The notes under the pieces are model-generated. The model worked only from the letters and a program-made list of their open reading frames with translations. It made no database searches and was not told the DNA's origin. A program made the position numbers and the translations under genes. A stretch of 64,000 bases of DNA from Kofleriaceae bacterium (lineage in GTDB: Bacteria > Myxococcota_A > Polyangia > Haliangiales > Haliangiaceae). The DNA lies in the NCBI GenBank assembly GCA_965215005.1, contig CBDCCZ010000004.1, positions 128,001-192,000 of the forward strand, written 5' to 3'. This document shows positions 52,961-60,432 of this stretch, piece after piece (within the stretch, counting starts at the first letter, position 1; each line of letters starts with the position of its first letter).

Positions 52961-54451
52961 ATGGGCATGGAGATGCGCCAGGAGCTGAAGCTCTCCCAGC
53001 AGCTGGTAATGACACCCCAGCTGCAGCAAGCGATCAAGCTGCTGCAGCTCTCGCGGATGGAGCTCGTAGACCTGGTTCGCGAGGAGATGCTGGAAAATCC
53101 GATGCTCGAGGACGACCTCGAGAACGCAGCCGAGCAGAGTAAGGAGCGGGAGGCGCTTGGCGGAGACGATCACCTCGATCGGCAAGTAGAGGCTGCCGGG
53201 CAAACCGAGGTTCCCATGACCGATGGCGCCAGTGAGACGGCGCAAGAGGTCAAGGCCGACGGTAGCGCGGTTAGCGAGATCGACTGGGAAAACTACCTCG
53301 ACAGTTACAGCAGCTCGGCGCCGACCGGCCCTTCGTTTCGGCCTGATAATGATGACTTGCCGTCGCTCGAGGCGACTCTCACCAAAGGCGAGAGTCTCTC
53401 TGACCATCTAACGTGGCAGCTCAAGATGAGCGGGCTCGATGAGGCCCAGCAGGAGATTGGCCACGTCATCATCGGCAATATCGATAAGAACGGCTATCTC
53501 AAGGAACCGCCACTCGCGGACATCGCGGCCGAGGCCGGGTGCTCTGCGGACGAGTGCGAGATCGTCTTAGAGAAGATTCAGACGTTCGACCCCACGGGAA
53601 TCGGGGCTCGCAGTCTCGCCGAGTGCCTGCTGATTCAGGCCATTCACCAGGGGCAGGATGATGACCTTCTCATCAAGATCATCAAGGACCACCTCTCTAA
53701 CCTGGAAAAGAAGAACTACCAGGCGATCGCGCGGGACCTCAAAGAGCCCCTGGAGGAGATCTATGAGGCTGCCAAGGTCATCATGGAGTTTGATCCTCGG
53801 CCGGGTCGGCAATACACCGACGACGAGCCGCACTACATCACCCCCGACGTCTACGTCTATAAGGTGGGCGATAAGTACTTCGTCGTGCCCAACGACGACG
53901 GTCTTCCCAAGCTCAAGATCTCCTCGTTCTATCGCTCGGCGCTTGGCGGTGGCGGCAACGCCAAGGAGTACATTCAAGACAAGCTGCGCAGCGCGCAGTG
54001 GCTGATCCGCTCCATTCAGCAGCGCCAACGCACCATCATCAAGGTCACCGAGTCGATCTTGAAGTTTCAGCGTGAGTTCTTCGATAAGGGCATAGCCTAC
54101 CTAAAGCCGTTGATTCTGCGCGATGTCGCCGAAGACATCGGGATGCACGAGTCGACGATCTCGCGGGTCACAACCAGCAAGTACGTGCATACGCCGCAAG
54201 GAATCTTCGAGCTGAAGTTCTTCTTCAACTCGGGCATCTCGCGCACCAATGGCGAGGACCTTGCGTCGCAGGCGGTGAAGAGCAAGATCAAGATCATCAT
54301 CGACGGCGAGGATAAGAAGAAGCCGTACTCCGATCAGAAGATCGTCGAGCTCTTGAAGAAGAGCACTATCGACATCGCTCGGCGCACCGTCGCCAAATAT
54401 CGCGAGCAGATGGGCATCCTCAGCTCATCGAAGCGCAAACAGGTGTTTTGA
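52961..54451 (+). CDS. rpoN: RNA polymerase sigma-54 factor
   Basis: MTPQLQQAIKLLQL, HESTISR and the RpoN box ARRTVAKYRE. Confidence 0.98.
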   Translation: MGMEMRQELKLSQQLVMTPQLQQAIKLLQLSRMELVDLVREEMLENPMLEDDLENAAEQSKEREALGGDDHLDRQVEAAGQTEVPMTDGASETAQEVKADGSAVSEIDWENYLDSYSSSAPTGPSFRPDNDDLPSLEATLTKGESLSDHLTWQLKMSGLDEAQQEIGHVIIGNIDKNGYLKEPPLADIAAEAGCSADECEIVLEKIQTFDPTGIGARSLAECLLIQAIHQGQDDDLLIKIIKDHLSNLEKKNYQAIARDLKEPLEEIYEAAKVIMEFDPRPGRQYTDDEPHYITPDVYVYKVGDKYFVVPNDDGLPKLKISSFYRSALGGGGNAKEYIQDKLRSAQWLIRSIQQRQRTIIKVTESILKFQREFFDKGIAYLKPLILRDVAEDIGMHESTISRVTTSKYVHTPQGIFELKFFFNSGISRTNGEDLASQAVKSKIKIIIDGEDKKKPYSDQKIVELLKKSTIDIARRTVAKYREQMGILSSSKRKQVF

Positions 54452-54487
54452 TGCCACCGACGGCCGCCGGCCGAGCGGCGGCCGCGG

Positions 54488-54664
54488 TCATCCATCCTGC
54501 GAGTGATCGCGGACCGCGCCCCAGCTGGCGGCGCCGATCACCACGAGCAGGCTGCTAACAGCGATCGTTAGCAGCCACCCGCGCGGCGTCTGGGGGCTGG
54601 CGAGAATTCCTACCGCCGCCACGACGGAGATCGAGTACGCGACGAACGGCGTCTTGCGCAGCAT
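54488..54664 (-). CDS. Small two-TM membrane protein (58 aa)
   Basis: MLRKTPFVAYSISVVAAVGILA..GWLLTIAVSSLLVVIGAASWG; a hairpin at 54461-54484 separates it from rpoN. Confidence 0.55.
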   Translation of the reverse strand: MLRKTPFVAYSISVVAAVGILASPQTPRGWLLTIAVSSLLVVIGAASWGAVRDHSQDG

Positions 54665-54876
54665 CGACGCAGTGTAGCGGCCAAGGCGGCAACCCGGCAT
54701 CCGCTGACGCTGATTGGGTCGACACACGACGCACGTTCGGGGGCTCTTGCGGTTGGGGTCGCAGCGGCGCCTGCTTTGGCCCCCGACGACTACCCTGCGA
54801 CGCGCGAACTCTCGCGTTTGCTGGCGACGGGGAACGCGATATGCTGGAGCTCCGACAACTGAATAGGAGAGGTTCT

Positions 54877-55506
54877 ATGCAATTCTCGGTGACGTTCCGC
54901 CACATGGAGCCCACGGCGGCTCTCAAGGGCTATGCGCAGGATCGGATGCTGAAGCTCAAGAAGTACTTCCCCGACCCCATCGCCGTGAACGTCGTGATGA
55001 GCACGGAGAAACATCGACACTGCGTCGACGTCAACGTGCAGCTCCACAACGGCTTGTGCGTTGCTGGTCACGAAGTGTCGGAGAACATGTACTCGTCGAT
55101 CGATCTCGTGCTCGCAAAGCTCGAACGGCAGGTAAAGCGTTACAAGGACAAGCTGCGCGAGCACAAGGTCAAGTCGAGCTTTGAGCCGCTGCCGTGGTCC
55201 CATGTGGTGCTGCGCGATGATGACCACCCCGCCGATGGCGCGGCGAGCGATGCGGGCGAGCCCAACGGGCACGACAGCAATGGCCACGATGGCGCTGCCG
55301 GGCTGCGGTTGGCACTTGGTCCTGTGGTGATCAAGACCGAGAAGTTTCACGCCAACCCGCTCACCCCCGCCGAGGCCATCATGCAAATGAACCTCCTCCA
55401 CCAGCAGTTCTTGGTGTTTCGCAACGACGTCGATGGATCGGTAAATGTCGTGTATCGGCGCGAGGATGACAGCTACGGGCTGATACAAACCGCCCAGCTT
55501 TCCTAA
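54877..55506 (+). CDS. hpf: Ribosome hibernation promoting factor (long HPF/RaiA)
   Basis: VTFRHME, MYSSIDLV..KLERQVKRYK and C-terminal FLVFRN..VNVVYRREDDSYGLI; AGGAG RBS. Confidence 0.93.
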   Translation: MQFSVTFRHMEPTAALKGYAQDRMLKLKKYFPDPIAVNVVMSTEKHRHCVDVNVQLHNGLCVAGHEVSENMYSSIDLVLAKLERQVKRYKDKLREHKVKSSFEPLPWSHVVLRDDDHPADGAASDAGEPNGHDSNGHDGAAGLRLALGPVVIKTEKFHANPLTPAEAIMQMNLLHQQFLVFRNDVDGSVNVVYRREDDSYGLIQTAQLS

Positions 55507-55665
55507 CCCCGTCTCGATTCCGGCGAAAGGCGCGATGAAAAGCGCAACAATCGCTGGGCGAGAGGCCCGAGTGGCCCGTTGAGCAGCGCGGGATGGCCAT
55601 CCTAGGGGCATCGGGATGGCCGCCCTCTCGTCACCACTCCTGCGGCGTGCGAGTGGTTCACGGCG
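55503..55665 (+). repeat. Diverged copy D of the repeat family (147-nt unit) plus the start of a further unit
   Basis: CAACAATCGCT, TGAGCAGC, GCATCGGGATGGC and CGTCACCACTCCTGCG are collinear with the reverse complement of copy A; followed by CGAGTGGTTCACGGCG. Confidence 0.75.
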
Positions 55666-55692
55666 TCCTGTGCTAGGCTGCCGCCCCGGCAG

Positions 55693-56154
55693 ATGAAGAT
55701 CGTCGACCTCATCAAGCGGGAAATGATCATTCCCGCGCTCCGCTCCACCGACAAGACGGGCCTCATCAAAGAGCTCGCCGCCCACCTAGCGGCGAATCAT
55801 CCCGACGTCGACAAAGGAGCTCTCACGCGCGTCTTAATCGACCGGGAGAGCCTAGCCTCGACCGCCATCGGTGAAGGAGTCGCTATCCCGCATGGCAAGC
55901 TTCCCACCGTGAAGGAGATCGTCGCCTGCCTCGGTCGAGTACGTCGCGGAGTCGATTTTGATTCGATGGACGGGCAGCCCACCCATCTATTCTTCGTACT
56001 GGTCGCGCCCGAGAACTCGACCGGCGCGCATCTCAAGGCGCTGGCGCGCATCAGCCGCGTCTTCAAGGATCCTGAGTTTCGCTCGCGCCTGCTCGGCGCC
56101 GAGGACGACGAAGCGATGTATGGGGTCATCGCCGCCGAGGACGCCAAGTACTGA
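55693..56154 (+). CDS. ptsN: PTS EIIA (Ntr/Fru type)
   Basis: RESLASTAIGEGVAIPH, FDSMDGQP and HLKALARIS motifs. Confidence 0.93.
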   Translation: MKIVDLIKREMIIPALRSTDKTGLIKELAAHLAANHPDVDKGALTRVLIDRESLASTAIGEGVAIPHGKLPTVKEIVACLGRVRRGVDFDSMDGQPTHLFFVLVAPENSTGAHLKALARISRVFKDPEFRSRLLGAEDDEAMYGVIAAEDAKY

Positions 56155-56167
56155 GCGGCACGCCGCC

Positions 56168-57127
56168 ATGCCTGTCATCGTCGAACAGCTGATACTCGAT
56201 CCGGAGGCCCGGCTCGAGCTCGAGCTTCGCGCCGGTCGCAATGGACTTCGGCGCGAGATACTCGTGCCTCGCATCCAGAAGCCCGGGCTCGCTCTCACCG
56301 GCTATACCGGGCAGCTCCACGATGGCCGGCTGCTGGTGCTAGGCGGCACCGAGGTTGATTTTCTCGCCAGCTGCGCCGCCAGCGCCCGCGCTCTCGCGGT
56401 GTCTACGATGATGGCGGCGCATCCGGCGTGCCTGGTCGTCACTCGCGAACTCGAGCCTCCCGCGGAGCTCTCGGCGGCGTGCGAGGCCGGCGACGTGACG
56501 CTGATGGTGACGCCCCTCAGCAGCCCCGACTTTATCGGGCGGGTCACCGACTACTTGGCCCATCAGTTGGCGCCATCCACCTCAGTGCACGGCGTCCTCC
56601 TAGACGTGCTCGGGATCGGCGTGTTGCTGCTGGGAAAAAGCGGCATCGGCAAGAGCGAAGCCGCTCTCGATTTAGTGGTCCGGGGTCATCGCCTCGTGGC
56701 CGATGACATCGTCAACATTCACTTGCGTGGCACGATCATCTTCGGCTCAGGCTCTGGGATCATCCGGCATCACATGGAGATCCGCGGCCTCGGTATCATC
56801 AACATCAAAGACCTGTTCGGCATCTCGTCGGTTCGAGAGGCAAAGAAAATCGAGCTCGTTATCGAGCTCGCGGAATGGGACGAGAACGAGGAGTACGACC
56901 GCCTGGGGATCGACGAATATAATTATCCGGTGCTCGAGCAGCACATTCCGATGTTGCGGCTGCCGGTGCGGCCGGGACGCAACGTCGCGACCATCATCGA
57001 GGTCGCGGCTCGCAACCAGCTGCTCAAGTTACAAGGACACAATTCGGCCCGCGAGTTCCAGGACCGTCTCAATCGAGCGATTGCCGAGGCGCGCCCCCAG
57101 CGCTACGACATCGACCTCATCGAGTAG
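56168..57127 (+). CDS. hprK: HPr kinase/phosphorylase
   Basis: HGVLLDV.G.GVLLLGKSGIGKSE, LVADD, MEIRGLGII and PVRPGRN motifs. Confidence 0.96.
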   Translation: MPVIVEQLILDPEARLELELRAGRNGLRREILVPRIQKPGLALTGYTGQLHDGRLLVLGGTEVDFLASCAASARALAVSTMMAAHPACLVVTRELEPPAELSAACEAGDVTLMVTPLSSPDFIGRVTDYLAHQLAPSTSVHGVLLDVLGIGVLLLGKSGIGKSEAALDLVVRGHRLVADDIVNIHLRGTIIFGSGSGIIRHHMEIRGLGIINIKDLFGISSVREAKKIELVIELAEWDENEEYDRLGIDEYNYPVLEQHIPMLRLPVRPGRNVATIIEVAARNQLLKLQGHNSAREFQDRLNRAIAEARPQRYDIDLIE

Positions 57128-57129
57128 TC

Positions 57130-57972
57130 ATGCACATCGTGTTCGTCACAGGACTCGCGGGAGCCGGCAAGAGTACTGCGCTGCGCGCACTCGAGGATCT
57201 CGGCTACTACTGCGTCGACAATATTCCACTGCCACTGGTGGTGCCGTTCGTCGATCTGGTCTCGCAGCAGCAAGGAATCAGCGACGCGGCAATCTCCGTA
57301 GACGCACGCCAGCACGCGTATCTGAGCGAGTTCAATGAACAGCTGGCGCAGCTCAAGAAGGCGGGGCATCGCGTCGAGGTGCTGTTTCTCGAAGCGGGCG
57401 ACGACATGCTGCTGCGGCGCTACTCAGAGACCCGGCGTCGCCACCCGATGTCGGGGGATGATCTGCGGGAGGGCATTCGGCAGGATCGCGAGGTGCTCGC
57501 CGAGCTGCGGCATTCGGCCGCGGTGCTCAATACCGCGGCACTCAACGTGCACCAACTCAAGGGGATCATCCAGGAACGCTACGGCAAACAGGAGGGTAAG
57601 CTCGCGGTCACGCTGCTCTCCTTTGGCTTCAAGAACGGTGTACCCGTCGAGAGCGACTTGGTCTTTGACGTGCGATTTTTGGCCAATCCTTATTTCGACC
57701 CGGAGCTCTCGGGGCTCGACGGCAGAAACGCTGGGGTGGCCTCGTACGTGCTCGATACCGATGAAGGCAAGCAGATGCTCGACAAGATCGACGACTTGCT
57801 GCGCTTCTCGCTTCCGCAGTTCGAGCGCGAGGGCAAGATGTATCTCACGGTGGCCATTGGGTGCACCGGCGGGCGTCACCGTTCGGTAGCGATCGTCGAG
57901 GAGCTGTCGCGGCGGTTGCAAGCCGAGTGGGATTTGCAGGTGCGGCATCGGGACCTGGAGAGGCGCGGCTGA
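57130..57972 (+). CDS. rapZ: RNase adapter RapZ
   Basis: GLAGAGKS, SFGFKNG, DVRFLANP and GCTGGRHRSV motifs. Confidence 0.95.
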   Translation: MHIVFVTGLAGAGKSTALRALEDLGYYCVDNIPLPLVVPFVDLVSQQQGISDAAISVDARQHAYLSEFNEQLAQLKKAGHRVEVLFLEAGDDMLLRRYSETRRRHPMSGDDLREGIRQDREVLAELRHSAAVLNTAALNVHQLKGIIQERYGKQEGKLAVTLLSFGFKNGVPVESDLVFDVRFLANPYFDPELSGLDGRNAGVASYVLDTDEGKQMLDKIDDLLRFSLPQFEREGKMYLTVAIGCTGGRHRSVAIVEELSRRLQAEWDLQVRHRDLERRG

Positions 57973-58259
57973 TGGGTGCAAGTACCGACACCTTTGAGAC
58001 TCAAGCGATCATCTGCAACGAGCTCGGTATGCATGCCCGCGCGGCTACCAAGTTCGTGCAGCTCGCCGCGAAGTTCCCTTGCGAGATTTCGGTCGAAAAA
58101 GACGGCCAACAGGTAAACGGTAAGAGCATCATGGGGATTTTGATGCTCGTGGCCGCGATGGGCTCGATAGTCATCATTCGCGCCCGCGGTGCATGTGCCA
58201 AGGAAGCGGCCGAGGCGTTGGCCGCGTTGATTGGCGATCGCTTCGGCGAGGAGAAATAG
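57972..58259 (+). CDS. ptsH: Phosphocarrier protein HPr
   Basis: GMHARAA and NGKSIMGILML motifs. Confidence 0.95.
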   Translation: MGASTDTFETQAIICNELGMHARAATKFVQLAAKFPCEISVEKDGQQVNGKSIMGILMLVAAMGSIVIIRARGACAKEAAEALAALIGDRFGEEK

Positions 58260-58263
58260 CGGC

Positions 58264-60012
58264 TTGCGCCAGGAGCTGCGCAAGAGCGGCGTCGCGGCTG
58301 CCCATGGAATCGGTATCGGCCGCGCGTATCTGGTCGATCGGCGGAGTCTGCAAACGCCGCAGCGGCAGCTGCCCGCCGATGAGGTCGAAGACGAGCTGGT
58401 GCGGTTTCGCGCCGCGCTCGCCGCCAGTGACAGGCAGCTCGAGCGCATCAAACAGAAGATGAAGCAACGCTCGGAGAGCGAGCACTACAACATCATCGAG
58501 GCGCATCAGCTCATCCTTCACGACGAGCACCTGGTCGATGAAACCGTTCGTTACATCCGCCAGGAGCAGATCAATGCCGAATGGGCGCTGCGGCGGACCG
58601 TCGAGCACATCAAAGGCGTGTTCGACGCCATCGAAGACGATTACTTTCGCGAGCGGCGCAGCGATATCGACTTCGTCGGCGAGCGCGTCCTGCGCAACCT
58701 CCTAGGTCGCGAGATCGGCCCGGTGCGGCCGCCACCGGATGCGATCGTGGTCGCGCATGACTTGTCGCCTGCCGACACCGCGCAGCTCTATCGCGCCGCG
58801 GTTGCGGGTCTCATCACCGACGCCGGCGGCAAGACCTCGCACACCGCCATCATCGCTCGCGCTCACGAGATTCCTTCGGTGGTGGGCCTGGAAAACGTCA
58901 CCCACGTCATCGAGACCGGCGACTTGGTCATCGTCGATGGCACCAGCGGCATCGTCATTGCCCATCCGACGCCGGAGACGGTGCTGGAGTATCGCGAGCT
59001 GCGTCGGAGGGAGGCGGCTTCTAGCGCCGCGCTGCTGTCGCTGCGCGACCTGCCGGCGGAGACCACCGATAAGGCCCGGATCGAGCTCATGGCCAACATC
59101 GATCACGTCGATGAGATCGGCGGCGCGCTCGACCACGGCGCCGAAGGGGTTGGCCTGTATCGCACCGAGTATCTCTTCATGACCGCGGCGCAGATGCCCG
59201 ACGAAGAGTCGCATTACGCCTCGGCCTGCGCGGTTCTTGATGCTCTAACGGGCCGCTGCGCGACGTTTCGTACCTTCGATTTAGGTGCCGACAAATTGGC
59301 GTCCTTGATCCGCTCGAGCGGCGAAGCCAATCCCGCGCTCGGTCTGCGCTCGATTCGCCTGTGCCTGACCGAGGCAGTGCGGCCGCTGTTCAAAGCGCAA
59401 TTGCGGGGGCTGTTGCGAGCATCTCCGCGCGGGCCGATGCGGATCATGTTTCCGATGATCTCCGGTCTCGGCGAGCTGCGCCAAGCGCGCGCGGTTTACG
59501 ATGAAGCGGCGGCCGAGCTCGAGAGTGAAGGAATGTCGATCGGTAGTGACATCCAGGTCGGCGTGATGATCGAGATGCCCTCGGCGGCTGTCGTCGCCGA
59601 CTTGATCGCGCCCGAGGTCGACTTCTTTTCAATTGGCACCAACGACCTCATCCAATACACGCTCGCCGTCGATCGCGTGAATGAGCACGTCTCGTACCTC
59701 TACGAGCCGCTTCATCCGGCGCTACTGCGGTTGATAAAAACGGTCGTCGATGCCGCCAAGCGTCATGGCATTGCGGTGGCGGTTTGCGGGGAGATGGCCG
59801 GCGATCCGGTTGTCGCCCCGGTGCTGCTCGGGCTCGGCCTCGAGGAGCTGTCGATGAACGCGGTCTCGATCCCCGAGGTGAAGAGCGTGGTGCGGAGCTG
59901 TTCAGCACAGCAGCTCCGCGCACTGGTCGATCAGGTGCTGCAGATGGCCACTGCCGCGGAGATTCGCGGCGCTGTGGAAGAGCTCCTCAGCCAGGTAAAG
60001 CGGGCGCCGTGA
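58264..60012 (+). CDS. ptsI: PEP-protein phosphotransferase (PTS Enzyme I)
   Basis: GGKTSHTAI, GLYRTE, NPALGLRSIR, SIGTNDLIQY and VCGEMA motifs; TTG start inferred; no N-terminal GAF domain. Confidence 0.95.
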   Translation: MRQELRKSGVAAAHGIGIGRAYLVDRRSLQTPQRQLPADEVEDELVRFRAALAASDRQLERIKQKMKQRSESEHYNIIEAHQLILHDEHLVDETVRYIRQEQINAEWALRRTVEHIKGVFDAIEDDYFRERRSDIDFVGERVLRNLLGREIGPVRPPPDAIVVAHDLSPADTAQLYRAAVAGLITDAGGKTSHTAIIARAHEIPSVVGLENVTHVIETGDLVIVDGTSGIVIAHPTPETVLEYRELRRREAASSAALLSLRDLPAETTDKARIELMANIDHVDEIGGALDHGAEGVGLYRTEYLFMTAAQMPDEESHYASACAVLDALTGRCATFRTFDLGADKLASLIRSSGEANPALGLRSIRLCLTEAVRPLFKAQLRGLLRASPRGPMRIMFPMISGLGELRQARAVYDEAAAELESEGMSIGSDIQVGVMIEMPSAAVVADLIAPEVDFFSIGTNDLIQYTLAVDRVNEHVSYLYEPLHPALLRLIKTVVDAAKRHGIAVAVCGEMAGDPVVAPVLLGLGLEELSMNAVSIPEVKSVVRSCSAQQLRALVDQVLQMATAAEIRGAVEELLSQVKRAP

Positions 60013-60036
60013 GCGTCTTCGGCAGATGGCAAACCC

Positions 60037-60375
60037 ATGCGTGGTGACGCCGTCCTCGACCGCCGTGGTATCCGGCGAGGGCGGTCAAAGGGCGCTACTC
60101 GTGGCGCCGGACCGGCATCTTGGCCACCGCTGGTCGCTGCGCCCGTGCCACGCCGCCAACCGTACATCGCTTTCCTGCTTACGGTCCTGATGGTCTTGGG
60201 GGCCTGCGGCTCGGGTTCGCCGCCACCGGCCGTTCCCGCGGAGCTCGAGCTCGACTGGCCCGATGCCAGTCCGCTACTGCATGAGGAGGACGCGCTGACG
60301 CAGGACGCCAGCGCAGCGCTCACGCAGGACGCGGGCGCTGCGCCGCTGCCATCGCAGTCATTCGCGCCGAAGTAG
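60037..60375 (+). CDS. Small hypothetical lipoprotein (start uncertain)
   Basis: LGAC lipobox; duplicated ALTQDA. Confidence 0.5.
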   Translation: MRGDAVLDRRGIRRGRSKGATRGAGPASWPPLVAAPVPRRQPYIAFLLTVLMVLGACGSGSPPPAVPAELELDWPDASPLLHEEDALTQDASAALTQDAGAAPLPSQSFAPK

Positions 60376-60432
60376 CGACATCCCTGGCGGCGGTGATTTC
60401 ACGGCTGCTGCCGACTCCGCTACAATCAGCGG

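Noticed and set aside
55693..60012. PTS cluster without sugar permeases as a novel system
   Set aside because: A regulatory PTS with HprK and RapZ downstream of rpoN is a well-known arrangement.
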